Below, one piece after another: positions 38,605 through 50,496 of a stretch of DNA of 64,000 bases. The notes beneath the pieces are model-generated. The model had not been told where the DNA came from, ran no database searches, and was given only the letters and a program-made list of their open reading frames with translations. The position numbers and the translations under genes are program-made. Within the stretch, counting starts at the first letter, position 1. Every line of letters begins with the position of its first letter. Origin of the DNA: Malacoraja senta (taxonomy: Eukaryota); the NCBI GenBank assembly GCA_038087875.1, contig CM075977.1, positions 361,398,001 to 361,462,000 on the forward strand, read 5' to 3'.

Positions 38605-38750
38605 TAGAAACATAGAAACATAGAAAATAGGTGCAGGAGTAGGCCATTCGGCCCTTCAAGCCAGCACCGCCATTCAATATGATCATGGCTGATCATCCAA
38701 AATCAGTACCCCGTTCTTGCTTTCCCCCCCCCCATATCCATTGATTCCCC
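38605..38750 (-). mobile_element. CR1 extreme 3' end
   Basis: (CATAGAAA)n tail plus the same 3' UTR as 121-245. Confidence 0.88.
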
Positions 38751-38899
38751 AATGACGACATCGTTGGCTTGGCAAGGTTTCAAAGGTCCTTGCATGAAAT
38801 GGCAAACCCAGAATTGTCTCAGTCATGGTTTCACCACTGCAAACCTCAGGTGTTGATCATGAGGTAGAGTGCCACTGTAAACTGTAGAACTTGCAATGG

Positions 38900-38997
38900 A
38901 AGATAGACACAAAATGCTGGAATAACTCAGCGGGCCAGGCAGCATCTCTGGAGCAAAGAAATGGGTGCCATTTCAGGTCGATACCCTTCTTCAGACT
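38900..38997 (-). mobile_element. Penelope terminal-repeat copy
   Basis: 'gatagacacaaaatgctgga.taactcagcggg...cccttcttcagac'. Confidence 0.78.
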
Positions 38998-39671
38998 TGC
39001 AATAGGATAGAAACAGCAGGTTATTGTGAATTGAGGAGTTTGAATAGAGCATGTCCTTTAACCAGGGTGATTGAGTAAGGATTTTTTCATTGTGGACATA
39101 CTCTTTCATTGACACTGGGGTGAAGAAAGATAACATTTCCAGTGTTAAGAGCTTCTGACATTTCAACACTTGGTAATATGATTTGTTTGTCCTGATTGCT
39201 GCAGTCAATCGAGTCGACACTTAAATGTAAACATGAAGCAAACGTATACTTATAGTAAAGAGAATACAACATTTCTTTCTTTCTGGATCCTCTAGAAAGA
39301 CAAGCGGCTGTAAAGTAGGAAGCACATGGAACAACTTCATTCAGGTCTAAACGTTGTTCCCTTGGATTCTGGTAATGAAAATAAAAGTGGATTAAATTAT
39401 CGGTTTGTTGCTCATAAAACCAGTATCTGCCTGTGCAAGATTACTTTGATCTCTCCATTGATCAGGATGAAGGTCTATGAAAAACATAGATCTATTCAAG
39501 ACGAGTTAAATAAAAAAATGGTGAGAAGATGAATCTGAATTGAGAATTCTGTAATAGTAAGAGAAAAGGAGCTGGACGGAGGTAACAATTTTCTTTGCTT
39601 TTAAATGTTGCCATAAAATGAGTTTTATGTAGAAGATTATAGCAGCATGAACATTTCTAAATACCCTCCTA

Positions 39672-39797
39672 ACAAGTCTGAAGAGGCATCCAGACCCGAA
39701 ACGTCACCTAACCATGTCCTACAGTGATGCTGATGACCCGTTGAGTTACTCAACGGGTCCACACAAGATTCCAGCATCTGCAATTCCTTGTGTCTCC
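39672..39797 (+). mobile_element. Penelope terminal-repeat copy with hammerhead-like motif
   Basis: CTGAAGAggcatccagacccGAAACGTC. Confidence 0.78.
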
Positions 39798-40124
39798 AAA
39801 CAATCAATGCCGGCAGTGTCTTCATTAGGGAACATGAACTAAACGAACAACTGAGGAAAATGGGTTTTGATTCCTAAGGCAATTGAAAGGTGCAGAATGT
39901 AATATTGCTTTAAACTTTAACAACAAATAGATCCATTCTTTATTTAATTTTTGATTACAAACAATTCCCAGTCACTCAACTAACAGAAACCCTTCTATTC
40001 TGTGGCGCAATTATGGTACAATGAAGGAAGAGTACAGCAGATGGAATAGGTATTGAATTTCCTGACTGAAAGCCAGGAATCACTTTACAGTGTTTTTAAA
40101 CAAAGATCTTCCATTAGAGCTTAG

Positions 40125-40670
40125 AACATAGAACATAGAAGAGTACAGCACAGGAGCAGGACATTCGGCACACAAAGCCTTTGCCATACATAATCAAGTC
40201 AAGTCAAGTCAAGTCAAGAGTCAAGTCAAGAGAGTTTATTGTCATGTGTCCCAGATAGGACAATGAAATTCTTGCTTGCTGTCAAGTTAAACAAATTTTG
40301 ATGTAAAGTTAAACAAATAATGTCAAGTTAAACAAGCTTAATGTCAAGTTAAACAAATTTCCTCTGCTGACACACGATCCTTATCCAACCATTCCCAGAA
40401 TATCCATTTGTCTGCCTAAAAGCCTTTTAAATATTGTATCTGCCCCCACCACAACTGTGGCAAAGCTTTCCAGGCACCCACAACTTACTTTGCGGAGAAC
40501 ATCTCCATAAACTTTGCCGCTCTCTCTTTAAAGCCATGCCCTTTAGTTTTTGACCACCGTGGTAAAAAGGTTGAGCCCAATCTATGCCACATAATATTAT
40601 ATACTTCTATCAGCCTCTGATTTTCCTGAGAAAATAATCTGTTTGTCCAACCTCTTCTTATTGCTATACC
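40125..40670 (-). mobile_element. Old CR1 3' region with a nested Rex1-type tail (about 40195-40280) and a short tandem repeat
   Basis: (CATAGAA)n tail; (GTCAA)n-tailed insert; four copies of 'gtcaagttaaacaa' at 40281-40358. Confidence 0.7.
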
Positions 40671-40804
40671 CCCTTTAAATCAGAAAAAAACATATTAAAT
40701 TAAAACAAAATAGTTACAAGGAAAATTAAATGTGAAACTTGACATTGATTAATCCAAATATCAATGCTACCATAACAATTTTCAAAATATTGTTTTTGCC
40801 TAAA

Positions 40805-40935
40805 GAAGGATAGGACAGGCTTGGACGGATATGGACCAAATGCTGACAGGTAGGACCAGTGCAGCTGGGGTATGTTGGCCGGTGTGAACAAGTTGGGCCG
40901 AAGGGCCTGTTTCCACACTGTATCACTCTATGACT
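40805..40935 (+). mobile_element. CR1 3' end
   Basis: 'ggatatggaccaaatgc...gggccgaagggcctgtttccacactgtatcactctatgact'. Confidence 0.82.
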
Positions 40936-41057
40936 AAGTCCATTGCTACATTCGTTCTCCAGTTTTCTTTACTTATTTCTCAAATTATTTCAGTTAACTA
41001 GCCTCAGGAGCATATCAACTGCTACTGCTAAACTCTGTAGGAAAAACTGGTTTACAT

Positions 41058-41580
41058 TGAAGATAGACAGGCTGAAGTAACTCAGAGGGACAGGCAGCAT
41101 CTCTGGAGAGACGGAATGGCTGATGTTATGGATCGAGACCTTTCTTCAGATTGAGAGTAAGGGGAGGGGGGGTCTAGAGATATGAAAGGGTCAGGTGTAA
41201 AAATGACAGATCAAAGCAGATGGTGATAACAAAATGTAGAATGATTAATTGTTAGCTGATGGAAAGGTGACAATGAGGCATAGTCAGTAATATTTAATCA
41301 GGAGGACAGTAGAACTAGTCGGAGACCTAGGATGGGGGAGGGACGGAGAGAGAGGGAAAACAAGAGTTACATGAATTGAGGGAAATCAATATTCATACCA
41401 TTGGGTTGTAAGCTGCCTGAGCAAAATATGAGGTGCTGTTCTTCCAATTTGCATTGAGCCTCACTCTGACAGTGGAGGAGGCCCAGTACAGAAGGGGCAG
41501 CATGATAATGTGGAGGGGCAGTGGGGGGAGTTAAAGTGGTTTGCAACTGGGAGACCACGTAGGCCTAGGCTGACTGAGTG
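41058..41580 (-). mobile_element. Penelope-like element 3' fragment
   Basis: ORF 41367..41558 SVLGLLHCQSEAQCKLEEQHLIFCSGSLQPNGMNIDF (GIY-YIG C-terminus) followed by 3' UTR and terminal repeat. Confidence 0.88.
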
Positions 41581-42221
41581 GAGCCCCACAATTTGTTGTG
41601 CACTACTGCTTTAAGGCGATCACCTTAAATCTACACTCCAGGAGCGGAGACTTTCCTCCATCCCACAGGAGCATGGAGACAGCGCATACGCATTTCAATG
41701 CGTTGCAGAATTCTCCGAAGCCCATTCAAAGAATGTACTCATGTCCTTACAGAGAGCTCACTGACAACCTCCTGTTAGAAGTTCCTGAATGCTCTCTCTG
41801 ACCTCCATGCACAAAGAGCATGCCGGCAGATAGCACCGCTCAGGTCTGTTTGACTTCCCGGGAGCACACTCCCAACTTCCTTCCATCATCACTGCATTCA
41901 ACATTCATTAAGTAGCAACACTCCCATGTGTATTGGTATATGCCTTTAAAGTCCACCTGCAGAGATTGCACCTGCTGTGTGTGGTACCGGGAAATTGTAA
42001 TAAGTCAGTATGTGACTCTGCACTGAAACAGCATCACTTTCAGTGTGAATTTACGCAGGGAAATCCAACAACATCGTTCTTTGAACTCTGCAATGGATAT
42101 TCTTGTTCTTTACAAAACTTCCACAAATAGCATTTCGTTTGACTCACTCTGTTGTTTTAATTCCAAAAAAGTAGTGCTCAGCAACTTCTAAGCCATAATG
42201 TTATATCCAAATGTAATAAAA

Positions 42222-42425
42222 AGAAACTGCAGATGCTGGGTTATACTAAAGATAAACCGAAAATGCTGGAGTAACTCAGCGTGTCAGGCAACACCCCTGG
42301 AGACCAAGGATATGTGACGTTTCAGGTCTGAAGAAGGGTCCCGACCAGAAACGTCACCTTTTCATTTTCTCCAGCAGTGCTGCCTGACCCGCAGAGTTAC
42401 TCCAGCATTTAGTGTCTATCTTTAT
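42222..42425. mobile_element. Penelope-derived fold-back repeat with hammerhead motif
   Basis: Inverted arms meeting near 42325; AGGT-CTGAAGA-AGGGTCCCGACCA-GAAACGTC-ACCT at 42324-42359. Confidence 0.82.
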
Positions 42426-42573
42426 TATGTTTAAATATATGTTGACTGCACTCATCTTTTATCCCGTTAATTTCTCAATCCTTCTGTTCCCATTCCATTG
42501 TTAAGATTGCTCGTCCAGCACTAAAATCCATAGCTTTTTCCAAAATGTTCATTTCCCGCCACAGATGCTGTAA

Positions 42574-43252
42574 AGGCCCTGTCCCACTTACGTGTCCTTG
42601 GCACGCAAATTACGCGACCTCGTCATCGCGTTGAGGCGCACGGGCATCATGTGGCCGCGCGGGGCCGGTCCCACTGAGAAGCACGGAGGGGTATGGAGTT
42701 GTGCGCGGTATCGCGCGGCGCACCGAAATTTTGTAGCGAACGAAATCTTCGCGCGCCACCGGCCTGTCGCGTAACTGACGGCCAAGACCCTGGCGCGACG
42801 CAATGTCTCACCTTCAACAACAGAAGAAGCAGGCAAACGATCGCCGAGCTCGGCCTGGGGCTCACGGCCGTTGCGGATCCAGTCCGCCCTCACTTCTACT
42901 CCCAGAGCGGGGCCAAGAAAATTGAAGATAGACACAAAATGCAGGAGTAACTCAGCGGGACCGGCAGCATCTCTGGAGAGAAGAAATGGATGACGTTTCG
43001 GGTCAAGACCCTTCTTTCAGACTGAAGAAGCGTCTCGACCCGAAACATCACCCATGCCTTCTCTCCAGAGATGCTGCCGGTCCTGCTGAGTTACTCCTGC
43101 ATTTTGTGTCTATCTTCAAATGACGTCACGCGCTCCAGATGGCTGTGCGGGCGCATGAAGTCGCGCGCGACCTTCGTGGGACCATCGCGCCTCAACGCGA
43201 CCACGAGGTCGCATAATTAGCGTGCCAAGTACACGTAAGTGGGACAGGGGCT
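42574..43252. mobile_element. PIF/Harbinger MITE with long TIRs, CpG-rich
   Basis: TAA|AGGCCCTGTCCCACTTACGTG...CACGTAAGTGGGACAGGGGCT|TAA; TIRs about 65 bp; encloses a Penelope palindrome. Confidence 0.92.
42922..43119. repeat. Near-perfect 198-bp palindrome of Penelope terminal repeats
   Basis: TTGAAGATAGACACAAAATGCAGGAGTAACTCAGC...GCTGAGTTACTCCTGCATTTTGTGTCTATCTTCAA. Confidence 0.92.
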
Positions 43253-43369
43253 TAAGACCTCCTGAATTCTTTCAGCAGCTTTCCTTTTTGTTATTCTCCA
43301 GATTCGAGCATCTGCATTTATTTGCTGGGATCTGTACTGGGACCTTTGTTCGACATATTGTAAATGCAG

Positions 43370-44170
43370 ATGGGTTAGTGGGTAAGTTTGCAGATGACAC
43401 AAAGATTGTTGGGGTCGCAGATGATGAGAAAGGCTGTCAACATGTACTGAGGGATATAGGTCAACTACAGAAATTAGCAGAGAAAAGGCAGATTGAATTT
43501 ATTCCGAACAAGTGTGACACTTGGGAGGTCGAATGTTCGAATGTAAGAAGAAAATATACAATTAATGGCATGTCCCTTAACTGCATTGATGTACAGAGGG
43601 ATCTTGAGTTACGTCCATAGCTCCCTGAATGTAGCAGCAAAAGTAGATAGGCTGGTTAAGAAGGCATATATAATGCTTGCCTTCATTGCGCAGGGAATTG
43701 ATTATAAGAGACAAGAAGTCACGATGCAGATATATAGGACTTTGGTTAGGCTGCAATTAAAGTATTTTGTGCAGTTCTGGTCACTCCATTACAGGAAGGA
43801 TATTTTTGGATTTGGAAAGGGTGCAGAAGAGATTTACCAGAACGATGTCTGGATTTGAGGGTATTAGTCACAGTGAACAATTGTACAATCTTGGACTGTT
43901 TTCTCTGGAATGCTGGAGGTTGCGGGGAGACCTGTTAGATGTATGTACAATTATGAGAGGCATAGATAGGGTAGACTGTCAGAGAATTGGAAAAAAAAAA
44001 TAGTGGATATAACTTTAAGGTGAGAGGGACAATTTTTCAAAAGAATTGTGCAGGGCAAGCTTTTTTCCACAGAGGGTGGTGAGTGCCTGGAATGGGTTGC
44101 TGGGGGTGGTGGTGGAGGTAGACACGATTGTATTAGCATTTAAGACGCTTTCGGATAAGCACATGGAGCT
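43370..44170 (+). mobile_element. CR1 LINE, decayed RT to 3' region
   Basis: VGKFADDTKIVG, VQRDL, YRTLVRLQLKYFVQFWS, RLRGDL across ORFs 43222, 43565, 43767. Confidence 0.92.
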
Positions 44171-44337
44171 ATCAGATAATCACACTTTCGGATAAGCACA
44201 TTTTCTCCATAAAGGTACTATGTTTATACATTTTGTTCTACAATAAAATTAATGAAAATACATTACAAAGCCAGAGATAAATCTGGAACAGAGTTCATGC
44301 TGTTCCACTAGTGCCAATATCCTTTCTCTTAAGAAAT

Positions 44338-44975
44338 GGAAACAGGGAACTGCAGATGTTGGTTGACAAAGAAAGTAATTCAACAGGTCAGGTAGCATCT
44401 CTGGAGAACGTAAATAGGTGACATTTCGGGTTAGGGTACATTGGGAACACCAAATGCAGTAGATGAGGTTAGAGGAGGTGCACGTGTACCTCGATCTCAC
44501 CAGGAAAGATTGCTGGATAGAGCTGAGGCTGGAGGTATATGGACATCTCCTGCAGTTGCAGGGGAAAGTGCCTGGAGAGGGGATGATTTGGGTAGGAAGG
44601 GATTAGTGAAACTAGGAGTTGCAGAAGGAGCAGTCTCTGCAGAAGGTGGAAAGTGATGGGGATGGGAAGATGTGACTGCTGGTGGAATCAGGTTGGTGGT
44701 GACAGAAATGTCAGAGGATGATGTGTTGGATGCCGAGGCTGGTGGGAAGAAAGGTGAGGCCCAGGAGAATATCCTTTTTCCTTCTGGGAAATGGGGAGTG
44801 AGAGCAGAATTTATAGGACACAGAAGAAATGTGGGTGAGGGATCCATCCATGACAGCAGTGGAGAAACCTCATTTACATAAAAAAGAGGACAGCCTCATC
44901 TTGGGGCAGATGCTACAAAGGAAAAGTGAGAGTAGGGGATAGCATCTTCACAAGATGCAGGGTGGGAGGACGTAA
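44338..44975 (-). mobile_element. Penelope-like element fragment (GIY-YIG N-terminus joined to terminal repeat)
   Basis: RYTCTSSNLIYCIWCSQC in ORF 44249..44500; upstream linker sequence at 44500-44975. Confidence 0.82.
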
Positions 44976-45174
44976 TCATTTGTTTTTGAATATTTTGCAA
45001 CAACAATCTTCTGGCACAAATCTATCATTGAGAAGTTTGGATTAAGATTCGCAGAGAGCAATAGTCTCTGAACATAAATTTTCCATTCTGCCTTAAGTGA
45101 GTCCCTCCTTGCTACTTTCAAGTCACCAGTGTGTACAGAACCTTTAAACATTTTCCCTTCAATTGAAAAAGTGA

Positions 45175-45258
45175 AACACACACGCGGACAGACACACGTG
45201 GATGCGCGCACATACACACGCGCACACATGCACATACAAGCATGCGCACACGTACACA
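45175..45258. repeat. Imperfect (CA/CG)n alternating purine-pyrimidine tract
   Basis: acacacacgcggacagacacacg...gcgcacacgtacac. Confidence 0.85.
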
Positions 45259-45615
45259 AATATGAATGGCATACAATGGAATAAAAGAGATCTAAGATCC
45301 TCTGCAAAACTGATCTGCTTTGCATTTGCCTTACACCTGCGGACAGAATGACATACATACCAATTTCTACCCTGCAGTTTCCACATTTAATGTTACAATT
45401 TGGCACCTGCACATCTCTACTACTGATTGAAAGGTAATGTTTAAATATTTCACGTGGTGAAACTTCGCAAAGATGGAAAGTCCGAGACAAGGATTTAGTA
45501 CCAGCATTAACATCCACCCATCATCTCCTCATCAAAATACAAAATAAATTAAAGGCCTAAATGTACAAGAGGTTTTGATATCAGAAAAGCATCAGCATGT
45601 TGTTGACTTTTTTTT

Positions 45616-45890
45616 TAGAGATACAGCATGGTAATATGCTCTTTGGTCCACAGAGTCCACGCCAGCCATCCATCACCCATTCACACTAGTTCTATGTTAT
45701 CTCACTTTCTCCTGCATTCCAGACACACTGCGGACAATTTTATAGACACCAATTAACCTTACAAACCTGCATATCTTTGGGATGTGGGAGAAAACTGGAC
45801 TATTTGAAGGAACGCACGCGATCACAGGGAGAATCCAAGGTCGGATTCAAACCTGGGTCTATGCCACTTTGAGAGTTATGTGCCGTGGGA
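45616..45890 (-). mobile_element. HE1/V-SINE, internally deleted
   Basis: 'tagagatacagcatgg...ccaattaacc.tacaaacctgc...gtgggagaaaactgg'. Confidence 0.8.
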
Positions 45891-45989
45891 CTAGCTCAGG
45901 AAGGCCCTTTTGTCAGCTTGCATTGGTTTGGGCGAAGGGTCTGCTTTCACACTGCATTCCTCTATGACTATGATATTCTGATTTACATC

Positions 45990-46245
45990 GAACAAAGAAC
46001 AGTAGAGCTCAGGAACAGGCCCTTCAGCCCACAATGTCAATGTCAAACATGATGCTGTCCAACTCTTATCTGCTTGCACATAATCCATTTCCTTCTATTC
46101 CCTTCACATCTATATTCCTTTTGCAAAAATCCCTTACATGTCACAATTGTGTCTAGCTCCCACGCATTCCAGGCATTCATCAATCTCTGTAAAAAATTTG
46201 GCCTGCACATCTCCTTTTAACTTTACCCCTCTTACCTTAAAGCAA
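45990..46245 (-). mobile_element. Old CR1 3' end (a short plus-strand CR1 end lies at about 45915-45970)
   Basis: 'caggaacaggcccttcagcccacaatgtc...gcattccaggca...tcttaccttaaagc'. Confidence 0.7.
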
Positions 46246-47267
46246 AATATGTTGATGTTTAACGCAGAATATCTGGGAATAATTGGAATAGGGAGGTGGA
46301 TGCAGAAGCAAAATTAATCCTGGAGTGATAATAAGTTTAAGATTATCTTTGCATCTGATATTTGGTGTAACATTTTTCTCTAATCTCTCACACACATTGG
46401 CAGGTTAGAAATAAATTAACAACACTGTGCTGTTAATAATTTGGAAACATGCTTGGCATCTCACAAAAATATGGTAATGTTACAATCGTGTTGCAAAACT
46501 TTAATTTGAAGGGCTGCAGAATTATTCAAATATGCTGCCAAGTACGCTGTAAGCTTTTAGCTTTGCAAATTGTAATCTTCTTTGACTGTTTGTTTGTTAC
46601 TTAATTATCCTCTGGCAAATAACACAACAACACGCAAGTCGCCCATATGGGGCTGCTCTGATAAAAAAAAACACAGAAAGCCAGAAGAGAGAAAATGGAT
46701 ATATGAGGCAAGTCAATTAATTAGAATGTATGTCCATCTTCCTGGTGTTGGCTCAATGCGTTTTCAAGCAAAGAATTGTGGGATTGAATTACTGTGTTTC
46801 CAACAACACGGCTGTAAAGGATTTAAAGTGTAATCTTTAATGACAGTTCCCGAACTATTAGCATACACAAAATGATTAACCCACAAAACATTCTTCACCA
46901 TGCAAGCCCAGGTTACAGTCTAATGTGCTCTGGTTAATCCATCATTGGAGCGTTAAATGCTCTGTGATTTTCTGCAGTTTACAAAGGTGGGCCTGAAATT
47001 GCCTGCACGTACAAAACCTAGCAGGTAGTTTTTGAATAGAGGAAATGCTATCAACTGAGTACTTCAGAAATGGTGTACTAATATTAAAGTCCACATTTTC
47101 TCATCTTGCCCACCATTTTCTTTCTCATCCTTTGTTTGGTAAAACAATTTCAGGGCATGAGTTTACAAATACAAGTTTAACAATTATTTGTGTTCACTAT
47201 CTGACAAAAAGTCAAATATAGATTTTGAAAACATTAGGAAACACCTCAAGAGTAACAACATCACTTA

Positions 47268-47440
47268 GATAGATAGATAGATAGATAGAGCTCTAGGGGC
47301 TAATGGAATCAAGGAATATGGGGAGAAGGCAGGCACGGATTATTGATTGGGGACAATCAGCCATGATCACAATGAATGGCGGTGTTGGCTCGAAGGGCCG
47401 AATGGCCTCCTGCACCTATTTTCTATGTTTCTATGTTTCT
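47268..47440 (+). mobile_element. CR1 3' end preceded by (AGAT)n
   Basis: 'ggaatcaaggaatatggggagaaggcagg...ctattttctatgtttctatgtttct'. Confidence 0.85.
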
Positions 47441-47689
47441 ACATCCTATGTAGAATCTAAAATTTACTCAGTCTGCATGGATACTGAGGGAATCTAAAAG
47501 CTCCTGTATTAATGAGAAAATCTTTTCATCATCCTTCCCACATTATCTTTTGTCTGTCAACAAATAATAATTCATATATTTTCAATGAATTTTCATTTTT
47601 TGAAATTATGGAAACATAACCGTAGAACTAACAAAATGTTGTCTAATAACTGGACTGGCCTTACTTAATCTAATGTTACTGACATGTTG

Positions 47690-48090
47690 TGCAGAAGAGG
47701 TTTATCAGAACGCTGCCTGGATTGAAGGTTATTAGTTATAAAGAGAGATTGGACAAACTTGGATTGTTTTCTCTGGATCATCAGAGGTTGAGGGAAGAAA
47801 TGAGAAATGAAAATGCCAAAGACTAGAGGGTTCAACTTTAAATTTGAGAGGGGGAAAGGTTGAAGGAGGTGTACAGGGTACGTTTTTTTTTTACACAGAG
47901 AGTAGTGGGTGCCTGGAACATGCTGCCATGGATGGTTGGGGAAGCAGATACCATAGTGTTAATTTAAGAGGCACATGGATATGCAGGGAATGGAGGGAAA
48001 TGGATCACATACAAGGTGAAGAGATTAACTTGGCATCATGTTTGGTATAAACATTGTGGGCTAAAGGGCTATATTGTTCGATGGTCTATG
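47690..48090 (+). mobile_element. Old CR1 3' region
   Basis: 'gcagaagaggtttatcagaacgctgcctgga...tacacagagagtagtgggtgcctggaac'. Confidence 0.78.
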
Positions 48091-48379
48091 TGGGTCTCAA
48101 ACATGATACAGTGGACCCTGGATACCTATAAAGGCATATTTTGTTGTGACTTTAGAGACCTCTATTTGAATTATCCATGTCGAGAACCCAAAATATGTCT
48201 CATTTATATACAGTAACCAATATTCCTATTATCCTGCATTATCCCACACTCAGCTCAATTCTTCATGGTAGCAGTCTCCCTCCTCCCTCAAGACTGTGAC
48301 TCATGGACAAAATCCCTCCTGCCAACAATATCTTGACATGAACTAACATCTGTAGGCTGGCAGTGAAAGGACATCTCCT

Positions 48380-49500
48380 GGGATTAGTTACATTACAAAA
48401 GTGCCGGTAATGTTAAAATGCAGAGAGGTAGATGAATCCCCAGGACATGTTTAGGTTTATCCCAGCACATCGTGGAAATCAGAGGCAGAACCCACTGGAC
48501 TTTGGTAGAGATATTTGTGTCATTATTAACCACGGGTGAGGTACCGGATGACTAAAGGGTGGCAAATGTCGTGGCTTTATTTAAAAAGAGTTGCAAGGAC
48601 AAGCCAGGAACTATGGGCTGGTTAACCTAACATCAGTGATGGGAAGGTTACTGGAGGGAATATTGAGAGAGAGGATCTATCTGCATTTTGAAGAGCTATG
48701 GCTGATTAGACATAGTTAGCATGGTTTTGTGCATGGAAAATCATGTGTCTTGCATTTCATTGAGCTTTTTGAAGAGGTGATGAGCAAATTGATGTGGGCA
48801 GAGTGGTGATCATTGTCTGTGTGGACTCTGTATCTTCTACAATGTCCTTACGAAGATCCTGCATGGTAGGTTGGTCCGATAGGTTTGATCACATGGAATC
48901 CAGGCCACCAAGCCAATTGAATATAAAATTGTACAAGAGTTGCCATATCATGTGGTAATTGTACATGATGTCAGTGAGACCATGTGTGAAATATGAAGTC
49001 ACAGTGAACTACAGATGCTTGCATCTTCAGTAAAACAGTAAATACTGGTGTAGCTCAATGGGTCAAGCAGCATCTCAGGAGGGAATGAATAGGTAATCTT
49101 TTGGGTCCGGACTCTTCCTCAGAGGCTTCTCCTTGCAATACTTCTTAAATGAAGAAGTATCCCGACCCAAAACATCACTAATCAATTCCCTCTAGAGACG
49201 CTGCCTCAGTTACTCCAGCACATTGTGCATTACACAGCTGGAGCATGTGTCACTATGCTAGAGGAAGAATGTAGTTAAATTGGAAAAAGTGCAAACAAAT
49301 TTCACAAGGATATAATTAGAACTGGAAGGTTTGAGTTATCAGGAGAGACTGGAAGGGCTAGGATTTTCCCCTGTACCTTAGGGGCCTGACATGTGACTTG
49401 ATCATGCTATACAAAATCATGAGGGACATAGAAAAGGTAAATGGTCACAATCTGCTTCCCAGGGTAGGGGAATCTGGAACTAAAGGGCATGGATTTAATA
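48380..49500 (+). mobile_element. Old CR1 RT region with deletions and a nested Penelope fold-back (about 49005-49230)
   Basis: Recognisable SPG, ANVV.LFKK, PGNY..V.LTSV.GK and HGF...KSC segments in broken frames. Confidence 0.8.
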
Positions 49501-49607
49501 TGGTCTGAGGAAAGAGGTCCTTAGGACCTGCCACCTGATACCCAGGTGGCGTTTACTGATGAATTTGCTTCATCGGGTGGTTGCTTTTACGTCCGCCTAG
49601 AACTGTA

Positions 49608-49965
49608 AAGTCATGGAGTCATTCAGTGTGGAAACAGGCCCCTTCGGCCTAACTTGCCCACACTGACTAACATGTCCCATTTACACGTCCCACTTGCCTA
49701 TGTTTGCTTATATATCTCTAACCTTGTCCTACCCATGTACATGTCTAAATGCTTCTTAAACATTGCAATACTACCTGCCTCAACTACCATCACTGGAAGC
49801 CGTTATATACACTCCCAACACTCTGTGTGAAAAGGTTACCTCTCAAGTTCCTATTAAATCTTTCCCCCCCCCCCCCCCCCCTCACATTAAACCGATGTCC
49901 TCTGGTTCTCGATTCCCCTACTCTGGGCAAGAGACTCTGCGTCAACCCGATCTATTCCTCTCATA
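49608..49965 (-). mobile_element. CR1 3' end
   Basis: 'gagtcattcagtgtggaaacaggcccc...ctctgtgtgaaaagg...cctctggttctcga'. Confidence 0.82.
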
Positions 49966-50496
49966 GAAGTGAAGTAGTCCGTAAGAAGTGAAAACCATAA
50001 GGCAGGAAAAGTCCTGGTAGGATCGTATCTGATCCTGAGCAGTATCCGTTACTTCTGACCCCTTCAATGACTGGTCATCTCTATTGGAATTGTGGCAAAG
50101 CAAAATGAAAGGATATTCACCTGATAGAGTGTGTTAAGAGTTCCTGTAATTCCTCAACTTCCTCCATTATACATTAAGTCTTCACAGGGTGCCTCTTCTC
50201 TCATTAATATTCTTACTCATGGTTATGCGCAATTAAATAAATTGAACACAATTAAAAGCTAAACTGCATTAGCCTTTTACTGGCCATTAAGGGAAGCACC
50301 AAAGAACAAAGAGCAACGAGGGAGCTAAAGTGAGTTCAAGTGTAAGACTGCGTGGTAACCTAAACATAACACAGAGATAGAACAAGCAGGTCCTGTCTTT
50401 ATAGCTGAGTGACTACAGGAGACAACGATGAAAGTAGAGTCTTGTATATAAAATAAATTTATAGTAAAGAGAGATTTAAAGCAAGAGAAAATACAA

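Noticed and set aside
44948-45517. 189-aa Cys-rich ORF
   Set aside because: The Cys/Val/Ala run is the translation of a (TG)n tract.
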